Shown here: positions 41,901 through 55,800 of the stretch, piece by piece | Layout: every line of letters begins with the position of its first letter | How positions within the stretch are numbered: the stretch's first letter is position 1 | Assembly (NCBI GenBank): GCA_964016885.1 | Contig: OZ024758.1 | Location: 38,564,001 to 38,628,000 of the forward strand | Direction of reading: 5' to 3' | Source: Eledone cirrhosa | Lineage: Eukaryota | DNA: 64,000 bases | Notes under the pieces: model-generated | Database searches by the model: none | What the model was told of the DNA's origin: nothing | Seen by the model: only the letters and a program-made list of their open reading frames with translations | Position numbers and translations under genes: made by a program

Positions 41901-44900
41901 CATGGTACTAGCTGTCAGAAGTAACTCCAATGTTGGTGAGAATTCATTTAAGTTCATGGTATTAGCTGTCAGAAGTAACTCCAATGTTGGTGAGAATTCA
42001 TTTAAGTTCATGGTATTAGCTGTCAGAAGGAACTCCACTGTTGGTGAGAATTCATTTAAGTCTTGGTATTAGTTGTCAGAAGTATCTCCAATGTTGGTGA
42101 GAATTCATTTAAGTTCATGGTATTAGCTGTCAGAAGTAACTCCACTGTTGGTGAGAATTCATTTAAGTCATGGTACTAGCTGTCAGAAGTAACTCCACTG
42201 TTGGTGAGAATTCATTTAAGTTCATGGTACTAGCTGTCAGAAGTAACTCCACTGTTGGTGAGAATTCATTTAAGTTCATGGTACTAGCTGTCAGAAGTAA
42301 CTCCAATGTTGGTGAGAATTCATTTAAGTTCATGGTATTAGCTGTCAAAAGTAACTCCAATGTTGGTGAGAATTCATTTAAGTTCATGGTATTAGCTGTC
42401 AGAAGTAACTCCACTGTTGGTGAGAATTCATTTAAGTTCATGGTACTAGCTGTCAGAAGTAACTCCACTGTTGGTGAGAATTCATTTAAGTTCATGGTAC
42501 TAGCTGTCAGAAGGAACTCCACTGTTGGTGAGAATTCATTTAAGTTCATGGTATTAGCTGTCAGAAGTAACTCCAATGTTGGTGAGAATTCATTTGAGTC
42601 ATGGTACTAGCTGTCAGAATTAACTCCAATGTTGGTGAGAATTCAGTTAAGTTCATGGTATTAGCTGTCAGAAGGAACTCCACTGTTAGTGAGAATTCAT
42701 TTAAGTTCATTGTATTAGCTGTCAGAAGTAACTCCACTGTTGGTAAGAATTCATTTAAGTTCATGGTACTAGCTGTCAGAAGTAACTCCACTGTTGGTGA
42801 GAATTCATTTAAGTTCATGGTACTAGCTGTCAGAAGTAACTCCACTGTTGGTGAGAATTCATTTAAGTTCATGGTATTAGCTGTCAGAAGGAACTCCACT
42901 GTTGGTGAGAATTCATTTAAGTTCATGGTACTAGCTGTCAGAAGTAACTCCAATGTTGGTGAGAATTCATTTAAGTTCATGGTATTAGCTGTCAGAAGGA
43001 ACTCCACTGTTGGTGAGAATTCATTTAAGTTCATGGTACTAGCTGTCAGAAGTAACTCCAATGTTGGTGAGAATTCATTTAAGTTCATGGTATTAGCTGT
43101 CAGAAGGAACTCCACTGTTGGTGAGAATTCATTTAAGTCATGGTATTAGCTGTCAGAAGTAACTCCAATGTTGGTGAGAATTTATTTAAGTTCATGGTAT
43201 TAGCTGTCAGAAGTAACTCCACTGTTGGTGAGAATTCATTTAAGTTCATGGTATTAGCTGTCAGAAGGAACTCCAATGTTGGTGAGAATTCATTTAAGTC
43301 ATGGTACTAGCTGTCAGAAGTAACTCCACTGTTGGTGAGAATTCATTTAAGTTCATGGTATTAGCTGTCAGAAGGAACGCCACTGTTGGTGAGAATTCAT
43401 TTAAGTTCATGGTATTAGCTGTCAGAAGTAACTCCACTGTTGGTGAGAATTCATTTAAGTTCATGGTACTAGCTGTCAGAAGTAACTCCAATGTTGGTGA
43501 GAATTCATTTAAGTTCATGGTTTTAGCTGTCAGAAGGAACTCCACTGTTGGTGAGAATTCATTTAAGTCTTGGTATTAGTTGTCAGAAGTAACTCCAATG
43601 TTGGTGAGAATTCATTTAAGTTCATGGTACTAGCTGTCAGAAGTAACTCCACTGTTGGTGAGAATTCATTTAAGTTCATGGTACTAGCTGTCAGAAGTAA
43701 CTCCAATGTTGGTGAGAATTCATTTAAGTTCATGGTATTAGCTGTCAGAAGTAACTCCACTGTTGGTGAGAATTCATTTAAGTTCATGGTACTAGCTGTC
43801 AGAAGTAAGCCCAATGTTGGTGAGAATTCATTTAAGTTCATGGTATTAGATGTCAGAAGTCACTCCAATGTTGGTGAGAATTCATTTAAGTTCATGGTAT
43901 TAGCTGTCAGAAGTAACTCCACTGTTGGTGAGAATTCATTTAAGTTCATGGTACTAGCTGTCAGAAGTAACCCCAATGTTGGTGAGAATTCATTTAAGTT
44001 CATGGTATTAGCTGTCAGAAGTCACTCCACTGTTGGTGAGAATTCATTTAAGTTCATGGTACTAGCTGTCAGAAGTAACCCCAATGTTGGTGAGAATTCA
44101 TTTAAGTTCATGGTATTAGCTGTCAGAAGTCACTCCAATGTTGGTGAGAATTCATTTAAGTTCATGGTATTAGCTGTCAGAAGTAACTCCACTGTTGGTG
44201 AGAATTCATTTAAGTTCATGGTATTAGCTGTCAGAAGTAACTCCACTGTTGGTGAGAATTCATTTAAGTTCATGGTATTAGCTGTCAGAAGGAACTCCAC
44301 TGTTGGTGAGAATTCATTTAAGTCTTGGTGTTAGTTGTCAGAAGTAACTCCAATGTTGGTGAGAATTCATTTAAGTTCATGGTACTAGCTGTCAGAAGTA
44401 ACTCCACTGTTGGTGAGAATTCATTTAAGTTCATGGTACTAGCTGTCAGAAGTAACTCCAATGTTGGTGAGAATTCATTTAAGTTCATGGTATTAGCTGT
44501 CAGAAGTAACTCCAATGTTGGTGAGAATTCATTTAAGTTCATGGTATTAGCTGTCAGAAGGAACTCCACTGTTGGTGAGAATTCATTTAAGTCTTGGTAT
44601 TAGTTGTCAGAAGTATCTCCAATGTTGGTGAGAATTCATTTAAGTTCATGGTATTAGCTGTCAGAAGTAACTCCACTGTTGGTGAGAATTCATTTAAGTC
44701 ATGGTACTAGCTGTCAGAAGTAACTCCACTGTTGGTGAGAATTCATTTAAGTTCATGGTACTAGCTGTCAGAAGTAACTCCACTGTTGGTGAGAATTCAT
44801 TTAAGTTCATGGTACTAGCTGTCAGAAGTAACTCCAATGTTGGTGAGAATTCATTTAAGTTCATGGTATTAGCTGTCAAAAGTAACTCCAATGTTGGTGA

Positions 44901-46800
44901 GAATTCATTTAAGTTCATGGTATTAGCTGTCAGAAGTAACTCCACTGTTGGTGAGAATTCATTTAAGTTCATGGTACTAGCTGTCAGAAGTAACTCCACT
45001 GTTGGTGAGAATTCATTTAAGTTCATGGTATTAGCTGTCAGAAGTAACTCCACTGTTGGTGAGAATTCATTTAAGTTCATGGTACTAGCTGTCAGAAGTA
45101 ACCCCAATGTTGGTGAGAATTCATTTAAGTTCATGGTATTAGCTGTCAGAAGTAACTCCACTGTTGGTGAGAATTCATTTAAGTTCATGGTACTAGCTGT
45201 CAGAAGTAACTCCAATGTTGGTGAGAATTCATTTAAGTTCATGGTATTAGCTGTCAGAAGGAACTCCACTGTTGGTGAGAATTCATTTAAGTTCATGGTA
45301 TTAGCTGTCAGAAGTAACTCCACTGTTGGTGAGAATTCATTTAAGTTCATGGTATTAGCTGTCAGAAGTAACTCCACTGTTGGTGAGAATTCATTTAAGT
45401 TCATGGTATTAGTTTGTCAGAAGTAACTCCACTGTTGGTGAGAATTCATTTAAGTCATGGTATTAGTTGTCAGAAGTAACTCCAATGTTGGTGAGAATTC
45501 ATTTAAGTTCATGGTACTAGCTGTCAGAAGTAACTCCACTGTTGGTGAGAATTCATTTAAGTTCATGGTATTAGCTGTCAGAAGTAACTCCACTGTTGGT
45601 GAGAATTCATTTAAGTCATGGTATTAGCTGTCAGAAGTAACTCCAATGTTGGTGAGAATTCATTTGAGTCATGGTACTAGCTGTCAGAATTAACTCCAAT
45701 GTTGGTGAGAATTCAGTTAAGTTCATGGTATTAGCTGTCAGAAGGAAGTCCACTGTTGGTGAGAATTCATTTAAGTTCATGGTATTAGCTGTCAGAAGTA
45801 ACTCCACTGTTGGTAAGAATTCATTTAAGTTCATGGTACTAGCTGTCAGAAGTAACTCCACTGTTGGTGAGAATTCATTTAAGTTCATGGTACTAGCTGT
45901 CAGAAGTAACTCCACTGTTGGTGAGAATTCAGTTAAGTTCATGGTGTTAGTTGTCAGAAGTAACTCCACTGTTGGTGAGAATTCATTTAAATCATGGTAC
46001 TAGTTGTCAGAAGTAACTCCAATGTTGGTGAGAATTCATTTAAGTTCATGGTACTAGCTGTCAGAAGTAACTCCACTGTTGGTGAGAATTCATTTAAGTT
46101 CATGGTATTAGTTTGTCAGAAGTAACTCCACTGTTGGTGAGAATTCATTTAAGTCATGGTATTAGCTGTCAGAAGTAACTCCAATGTTGGTGAGAATTCA
46201 TTTAAGTCATGGTACTAGCTCTCAGAAGTAACTCCACTGTTGGTGAGAATTCATTTAAGTTCATGGTACTAGCTGTCAGAAGGAACTCCACTGTTGGTGA
46301 GAATTCATTTAAGTTCATGGTATTAGCTGTCAGAAGTAACTCCAATGTTGGTGAGAATTCATTTGAGTCATGGTACTAGCTGTCAGAATTAACTCCAATG
46401 TTGGTGAGAATTCAGTTAAGTTCATGGTATTAGCTGTCAGAAGGAACTCCACTGTTAGTGAGAATTCATTTAAGTTCATTGTATTAGCTGTCAGAAGTAA
46501 CTCCACTGTTGGTAAGAATTCATTTAAGTTCATGGTACTAGCTGTCAGAAGTAACTCCACTGTTGGTGAGAATTCATTTAAGTTCATGGTACTAGCTGTC
46601 AGAAGTAACTCCACTGTTGGTGAGAATTCATTTAAGTTCATGGTATTAGCTGTCAGAAGGAACTCCACTGTTGGTGAGAATTCATTTAAGTTCATGGTAC
46701 TAGCTGTCAGAAGTAACTCCAATGTTGGTGAGAATTCATTTAAGTTCATGGTATTAGCTGTCAGAAGGAACTCCACTGTTGGTGAGAATTCATTTAAGTC
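36680..46800. repeat. About 2.7 copies of a 3769-bp (70-monomer) unit, with the middle copy 1238 bp shorter (2531 bp); outer copies are offset by 6300 bp
   Basis: ORF series 37001/40770/43301, 37270/41039/43570, 38025/41794/44325 and 40070/42601/46370. Pairs 38401/44701 and 39371/45671 are offset by 6300. Marker agtatctcc at ~38312/~42081/~44612. Confidence 0.88.
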
Positions 46801-49800
46801 TTGGTATTAGTTGTCAGAAGTAACTCCAATGTTGGTGAGAATTCATTTAAGTTCATGGTACTAGCTGTCAGAAGTAACTCCACTGTTGGTGAGAATTCAT
46901 TTAAGTTTATGGTACTAGCTGTCAGAAGTAACTCCAATGTTGGTGAGAATTCATTTAAGTTCATGGTATTAGCTGTCAGAAGTAACTCCACTGTTGGTGA
47001 GAATTCATTTAAGTTCATGGTACTAGCTGTCAGAAGTAACTCCACTGTTGGTGAGAATTCATTTAAGTTCATGGTATTAGCTGTCAGAAGTAACTCCACT
47101 GTTGGTGAGAATTCATTTAAGTTCATGGTACTAGCTGTCAGAAGTAACCCCAATGTTGGTGAGAATTCATTTAAGTTCATGGTATTAGCTGTCAGAAGTC
47201 ACTCCAATGTTGGTGAGAATTCATTTAAGTTCATGGTATTAGCTGTCAGAAGTAACTCCACTGTTGGTGAGAATTCATTTAAGTTCATGGTATTAGCTGT
47301 CAGAAGTAACTCCACTGTTGGTGAGAATTCATTTAAGTTCATGGTATTAGCTGTCAGAAGGAACTCCAATGTTGGTGAGAATTCATTTAAGTCATGGTAC
47401 TAGCTGTCAGAAGTAACTCCACTGTTGGTGATAATCCATTTAAGTTCATGGTATTAGCTGTCAGAAGGAACGCCACTGTTGGTGAGAATTCATTTAAGTT
47501 CATGGTATTAGCTGTCAGAAGTAACTCCACTGTTGGTGAGAATTCATTTAAGTTCATGGTACTAGCTGTCAGAAGTAACTCCAATGTTGGTGAGAATTCA
47601 TTTAAGTTCATGGTATTAGCTGTCAGAAGGAACTCCACTGTTGGTGAGAATTCATTTAAGTTCATGGTATTAGCTGTCAGAAGTAACTCCACTGTTGGTG
47701 AGAATTCATTTAAGTTCATGGTACTAGTTGTCAGAAGTAACTCCGCTGTTGGTGAGAATTCATTTAAGTTCATGGTATTAGTTGTCAGAAGTAACTCCAC
47801 TGTTGGTGAGAATTCATTTAAGTCATGGTATTAGTTGTCAGAAGTAACTCCAATGTTGGTGAGAATTCATTTAGGTTCATGGTTCTAGCTGTCAGAAGTA
47901 ACTCCACTGTTGGTGAGAATTCATTTAAGTTCATGGTATTAGCTGTCAGAAGTAACTCCACTGTTGGTGAGAATTCATTTAAGTCATGGTATTATCTGTC
48001 AGAAGTAACTCCATTGTTGGTGAGAATTCATTTAAGTCATCGTACTAGCTGTCAGAAGTAACTCCACTGTTGGTGAGAATTCATTTAAGTTCATGGTATT
48101 AGCTGTCAGAAGTAACTCCACTGTTGGTGAGAATTCATTTAAGTCATGGTATTAGCTGTCAGAAGTAACTCCAATGTTGGTGAGAATTCATTTGAGTCAT
48201 GGTACTAGCTGTCAGAATTAACTCCAATGTTGGTGAGAATTCAGTTAAGTTCATGGTATTAGCTGTCAGAAGGAAGTCCACTGTTGGTGAGAATTCATTT
48301 AAGTTCATGGTATTAGCTGTCAGAAGTAACTCCACTGTTGGTAAGAATTCATTTAAGTTCATGGTACTAGCTGTCAGAAGTAACTCCACTGTTGGTGAGA
48401 ATTCATTTAAGTTCATGGTACTAGCTGTCAGAAGTAACTCCACTGTTGGTGAGAATTCAGTTAAGTTCATGGTGTTAGTTGTCAGAAGTAACTCCACTGT
48501 TGGTGAGAATTCATTTAAATCATGGTATTAGTTGTCAGAAGTAACTCCAATGTTGGTGAGAATTCATTTAAGTTCATGGTACTAGCTGTCAGAAGTAACT
48601 CCACTGTTGGTGAGAATTCATTTAAGTTCATGGTAATAGTTTGTCAGAAGTAACTCCACTGTTGGTGAGATTTCATTTAAGTCATGGTATTAGTTGTCAG
48701 AAGTAACTCCAATGTTGGTGAGAATTCATTTAAGTTCATGGTACTAGCTGTCAGAAGTAACTCCACTGTTGGTGAGAATTCATTTAAGTTCATGGTATTA
48801 GCTGTCAGAAGTAACTCCACTGTTGGTGAGAATTCATTTAAGTCATGGTATTAGTTGTCAGAAGTAACTCCAATGTTGGTGAGAATTCATTTAAGTTCAT
48901 GGTACTAGCTGTTAGAAGTAACTCCACTGTTGGTGAGAATTCATTTAAGTTCATGGTATTAGCTGTCAGAAGTAACTCCACTGTTGGTGAGAATTCATTT
49001 AAGTCATGGTATTAGCTGTCAGAAGTAACTCCAATGTTGGTGAGAATTCATTTAAGTCATGGTACTAGCTCTCAGAAGTAACTCCAATGTTGGTGAGAAT
49101 TCATTTAAGTTCATGGTACTAGCTGTCAGAAGGAACTCCACTGTTGGTGAGAATTCATTTAAGTTCATGGTATTAGCTGTCAGAAGTAACTCCACTGTTG
49201 GTGAGAATTCATTTAAGTCATGGTATTAGCTGTCAGAAGTAACTCCAATGTTGGTGAGAATTCATTTAAGTTCATGGTATTAGTTGTCAGAAGTAACTCC
49301 ACTGTTGGTGAGAATTCATTTAAGTTCATGGTACTAGCTGTCAGAAGTAACTCCACTGTTGGTGAGAATTCATTTAAGTCATGGTATTAGCTGTCAGAAG
49401 TAACTCCAATGTTGGTGAGAATTCATTTAAGTTCATGGTATTAGTTGTCAGAAGTAACTCCACTGTTGGTGAGAATTCATTTAAGTCATGGTACTAGCTG
49501 TCAGAAGCAACTCCACTGTTGGTGAGAATTCATTTAAGTTCATTGTATTAGCTGTCAGAAGTAACTCCACTGTTGGTGAGAATTCATTTAAGTCATGGTA
49601 TCAGCTGTCAGAAGTAACTCCAATGTTGGTGAGAATTCATTTGAGTCATGGTACTAGCTGTCAGAATTAACTCCAATGTTGGTGAGAATTCAGTTAAGTT
49701 CATGGTATTAGCTGTCAGAAGGAACTCCACTGTTGGTGAGAATTCATTTAAGTTCATGGTATTAGCTGTCAGAAGTAACTCCACTGTTGGTAAGAATTCA

Positions 49801-52800
49801 TTTAAGTTCATGGTACTAGCTGTCAGAAGTAACTCCAATGTTGGTGAGAATTCATTTAAGTTCATGGTACTAGCTGTCAGAAGTAACTCCACTGTTGGTG
49901 AGAATTCATTTAAGTTCATGGTATTAGCTGTCAGAAGTAACTCCACTGTTGGTGAGAATTCATTTAAGTCATGGTATTAGCTGTCAGAAGTAACTCCATT
50001 GTTGGTGAGAATTCATTTAAGTCATGGTACTAGCTGTCAGAAGTAACTCCACTGTTGGTGAGAATTCATTTAAGTTCATGGTATTAGCTGTCAGAAGGAA
50101 CTCTACTGTTGGTGAGAATTCATTTAAGTTCATGGTATTAGCTGTCAGAAGTAACTCCACTGTTGGTGAGAATTCATTTAAGTTCATGGTATTAGTTTGT
50201 CAGAAGTAACTCCACTGTTGGTGAGAATTCATTTAAGTCATGGTATTAGTTGTCAGAAGTAACTCCAATGTTGGTGAGAATTCATTTAAGTAATGGTACT
50301 AGCTGTCAGAAGTAACTCCAATGTTGGTGAGAATTCATTTAAGTTCATGGTATTAGCTGTCAGAAGTAACTCCACTGTTGGTGAGAATTCATTTAAGTTC
50401 ATGGTATTAGCTGTCAGAAGTAACTCCACTGTTGGTGAGAATTCATTTAAGTTCATGGTATTAGTTTGTCAGAAGTAACTCCACTGTTGGTGAGAATTCA
50501 TTTAAGTCATGGTATTAGTTGTCAGAAGTAACTCCAATGTTGGTGAGAATTCATTTAAGTTCATGGTACTAGCTGTCAGAATTAACTCCACTGTTGGTGA
50601 GAATTCATTTAAGTTCATGGTATTAGCTGTCAGAAGTAACTCCACTGTTGGTGAGAATTCATTTAAGTCATGGTATTAGCTGTCAGAAGTAACTCCAATG
50701 TTGGTGAGAATTCATTTGAGTCATGGTACTAGCTGTCAGAATTAACTCCAATGTTGGTGAGAATTCAGTTAAGTTCATGGTATTAGCTGTCAGAAGGAAG
50801 TCCACTGTTGGTGAGAATTCATTTAAGTTCATGGTATTAGCTGTCAGAAGTAACTCCACTGTTGGTAAGAATTCATTTAAGTTCATGGTACTAGCTGTCA
50901 GAAGTAACTCCACTGTTGGTGAGAATTCATTTAAGTTCATGGTACTAGCTGTCAGAAGTAACTCCACTGTTGGTGAGAATTCAGTTAAGTTCATGGTGTT
51001 AGTTGTCAGAAGTAACTCCACTGTTGGTGAGAATTCATTTAAATCATGGTATTAGTTGTCAGAAGTAACTCCAATGTTGGTGAGAATTCATTTAAGTTCA
51101 TGGTACTAGCTGTCAGAAGTAACTCCACTGTTGGTGAGAATTCATTTAAGTTCATGGTATTAGTTTGTCAGAAGTAACTCCACTGTTGGTGAGAATTCAT
51201 TTAAGTCATGGTATTAGTTGTCAGAAGTAACTCCAATGTTGGTGAGAATTCATTTAAGTTCATGGTACTAGCTTTCAGAAGTTACTCCACTGTTGGTGAG
51301 AATTCATTTAAGTTCATGGTATTAGCTGTCAGAAGTAACTCCACTGTTGGTGAGAATTCATTTAAGTCATGGTATTAGTTGTCAGAAGTAACTCCAATGT
51401 TGGTGAGAATTCATTTAAGTTCATGGAACTAGCTTTTAGAAGTAACTCCACTGTTGGTGAGAATTCATTTAAGTTCATGGAATTAGCTGTCACAAGTAAC
51501 TCCACTGTTGGTGAGAATTCATTTAAGTCATGGTATTAGCTGTCAGAAGTAACTCCAATGTTGGTGAGAATTCATTTAAGTCATGGTACTAGCTCTCAGA
51601 AGTAACTCCAATGTTGGTGAGAATTCATTTAAGTTCATGGTACTAGCTGTCAGAAGGAACTCCACTGTTGGTGAGAATTCATTTAAGTTCATGGTATTAG
51701 CTGTCAGAAGTAACTCCACTGTTGGTGAGAATTCATTTAAGTCATGGTATTAGCTGTCAGAAGTAACTCCAATGTTGGTGAGAATTCATTTAAGTTCATG
51801 GTATTAGTTGTCAGAAGTAACTCCACTGTTGGTGAGAATTCATTTAAGTTCATGGTACTAGCTGTCAGAAGTAACTCCACTGTTGGTGAGAATTCATTTA
51901 AGTCATGGTATTAGCTGTCAGAAGTAACTCCAATGTTGGTGAGAATTCATTTAAGTTCATGGTATTAGTTGTCAGAAGTAACTCCACTGTTGGTGAGAAT
52001 TCATTTAAGTCATGGTACTAGCTGTCAGAAGCAACTCCACTGTTGGTGAGAATTCATTTAAGTTCATTGTATTAGCTGTCAGAAGTAACTCCACTGTTGG
52101 TGAGAATTCATTTAAGTCATGGTATTAGCTGTCAGAAGTAACTCCAATGTTGGTGAGAATTCATTTGAGTCATGGTACTAGCTGTCAGAATTAACTCCAA
52201 TGTTGGTGAGAATTCAGTTAAGTTCATGGTATTAGCTGTCAGAAGGAACTCCACTGTTGGTGAGAATTCATTTAAGTTCATGGTATTAGCTGTCAGAAGT
52301 AACTCCACTGTTGGTAAGAATTCATTTAAGTTCATGGTACTAGCTGTCAGAAGTAACTCCAATGTTGGTGAGAATTCATTTAAGTTCATGGTACTAGCTG
52401 TCAGAAGTAACTCCACTGTTGGTGAGGATTCATTTAAGTTCATGGTATTAGCTGTCAGAAGTAACTCCACTGTTGGTGAGAATTCATTTAAGTCATGGTA
52501 TTAGCTGTCAGAAGTAACTCCATTGTTGGTGAGAATTCATTTAAGTCATGGTACTAGCTGTCAGAAGTAACTCCACTGTTGGTGAGAATTCATTTAAGTT
52601 CATGGTATTAGCTGTCAGAAGGAACTCTACTGTTGGTGAGAATTCATTTAAGTTCATGGTATTAGCTGTCAGAAGTAACTCCACTGTTGGTGAGAATACA
52701 TTTAAGTTCATGGTACTAGCTGTCAGAAGTAACTCCACTGTTGGTGAGAATTCATTTAAGTTCATGGTACTAGCTGTCAGAAGGAACTCCACTGTTGGTG

Positions 52801-55800
52801 AGAATTCATTTAAGTTCATGGTATTAGCTGTCAGAAGTAACTCCAATGTTGGTGAGAATTCATTTAAGTCATGGTACTAGCTGTCAGAAGTAACTCCACT
52901 GTTGGTGAGAATTCATTTAAGTTCATGGTATTAGCTGTCAGAAGCAACTCCACTGTTGGTGAGAATTCATTTAAGTTCATGGTATTAGCTGTCAGAAGTA
53001 ACTCCACTGTTGGTGAGAATTCATTTAAGTTCATGGTACTAGCTGTCAGAAGTAACTCCAATGTTGGTGAGAATTCATTTAAGTTCATGGTATTAGCTGT
53101 CAGAAGTAACTCCACTGTTGGTGGGAATTCATTTAAGTTCATGGTATTAGCTGTCAGAAGTAACTCCACTGTTGGTGAGAATTCATTTAAGTTCATAGTA
53201 CTAGCTGTCAGAAGTAACTCCACTGTTGGTGAGAATTCATTTAAGTTCATGGTATTAGTTGTCAGAAGTAACTCCACTGTTGGTGAGAATTCATTTAAGT
53301 TCATGGTACTAGCTGTCAGAAGTAACTCCACTGTTGGTGAGAATTCATTTAAGTTCATGGTACTAGCTGTCAGAAGGAACTCCACTGTTGGTGAGAATTC
53401 ATTTAAGTTCATGGTATTAGCTGTCAGAAGTAACTCCACTGTTGGTGAGAATTCATTTAAGTTCATGGTACTAGCTGTCAGAAGTAACTCCAATGTTGGT
53501 GAGAATTCATTTAAGTTCATGGTACTAGCTGTCAGAAGTAACTCCACTGTTGGTGAGAATTCATTTAAGTTCATGGTACTAGCTGTCAGAATTAACTCCA
53601 CTGTTGGTGAGAATTCATTTAAGTTCATGGTATTAGCTGTCAGAAGTAACTCCACTGTTGGTGAGAATTCATTTAAGTTCATGGTACTAGCTGTCAGAAG
53701 TAACTCCAATGTTGGAGAGAATTCATTTAAGTTCATGGTATTAGCTGTCAGAAGTAACTCCAATGTTGGTGAGAATTCATTTAAGTTCATGTTACTAGCT
53801 GTCAGAAGTAACTCCACTGTTGGTGAGAATTCATTTAAGTCATGGTATTAGCTGTCAGAAGTAACTCCAATGTTGGTGAGAATTCATTTAAGTTCATGGT
53901 ATTAGCTGTCAGAAGTAACTCCACTGTTGGTGAGAATTCATTTAAGTTCATGGTATTAGCTGTCAGAAGTAACTCCACTGTTGGTGAGAATTCATTTAAG
54001 TTCATGGTATTAGCTGTCAGAAGGAACTCCACTGTTGGTGAGAATTCATTTAAGTCTTGGTGTTAGTTGTCAGAAGTAACTCCAATGTTGGTGAGAATTC
54101 ATTTAAGTTCATGGTACTAGCTGTCAGAAGTAACTCCACTGTTGGTGAGAATTCATTTAAGTTCATGGTACTAGCTGTCAGAAGTAACTCCAATGTTGGT
54201 GAGAATTCATTTAAGTTCATGGTATTAGCTGTCAGAAGTAACTCCAATGTTGGTGAGAATTCATTTAAGTTCATGGTATTAGCTGTCAGAAGGAACTCCA
54301 CTGTTGGTGAGAATTCATTTAAGTCTTGGTATTAGTTGTCAGAAGTATCTCCAATGTTGGTGAGAATTCATTTAAGTTCATGGTATTAGCTGTCAGAAGT
54401 AACTCCACTGTTGGTGAGAATTCATTTAAGTCATGGTACTAGCTGTCAGAAGTAACTCCACTGTTGGTGAGAATTCATTTAAGTTCATGGTACTAGCTGT
54501 CAGAAGTAACTCCACTGTTGGTGAGAATTCATTTAAGTTCATGGTACTAGCTGTCAGAAGTAACTCCAATGTTGGTGAGAATTCATTTAAGTTCATGGTA
54601 TTAGCTGTCAAAAGTAACTCCAATGTTGGTGAGAATTCATTTAAGTTCATGGTATTAGCTGTCAGAAGTAACTCCACTGTTGGTGAGAATTCATTTAAGT
54701 TCATGGTACTAGCTGTCAGAAGTAACTCCACTGTTGGTGAGAATTCATTTAAGTTCATGGTATTAGCTGTCAGAAGTAACTCCACTGTTGGTGAGAATTC
54801 ATTTAAGTTCATGGTACTAGCTGTCAGAAGTAACCCCAATGTTGGTGAGAATTCATTTAAGTTCATGGTATTAGCTGTCAGAAGTAACTCCACTGTTGGT
54901 GAGAATTCATTTAAGTTCATGGTACTAGCTGTCAGAAGTAACTCCAATGTTGGTGAGAATTCATTTAAGTTCATGGTATTAGCTGTCAGAAGGAACTCCA
55001 CTGTTGGTGAGAATTCATTTAAGTTCATGGTATTAGCTGTCAGAAGTAACTCCACTGTTGGTGAGAATTCATTTAAGTTCATGGTATTAGCTGTCAGAAG
55101 TAACTCCACTGTTGGTGAGAATTCATTTAAGTTCATGGTATTAGTTTGTCAGAAGTAACTCCACTGTTGGTGAGAATTCATTTAAGTCATGGTATTAGTT
55201 GTCAGAAGTAACTCCAATGTTGGTGAGAATTCATTTAAGTTCATGGTACTAGCTGTCAGAAGTAACTCCACTGTTGGTGAGAATTCATTTAAGTTCATGG
55301 TATTAGCTGTCAGAAGTAACTCCACTGTTGGTGAGAATTCATTTAAGTCATGGTATTAGCTGTCAGAAGTAACTCCAATGTTGGTGAGAATTCATTTGAG
55401 TCATGGTACTAGCTGTCAGAATTAACTCCAATGTTGGTGAGAATTCAGTTAAGTTCATGGTATTAGCTGTCAGAAGGAAGTCCACTGTTGGTGAGAATTC
55501 ATTTAAGTTCATGGTATTAGCTGTCAGAAGTAACTCCACTGTTGGTAAGAATTCATTTAAGTTCATGGTACTAGCTGTCAGAAGTAACTCCACTGTTGGT
55601 GAGAATTCATTTAAGTTCATGGTACTAGCTGTCAGAAGTAACTCCACTGTTGGTGAGAATTCAGTTAAGTTCATGGTGTTAGTTGTCAGAAGTAACTCCA
55701 CTGTTGGTGAGAATTCATTTAAATCATGGTACTAGTTGTCAGAAGTAACTCCAATGTTGGTGAGAATTCATTTAAGTTCATGGTACTAGCTGTCAGAAGT

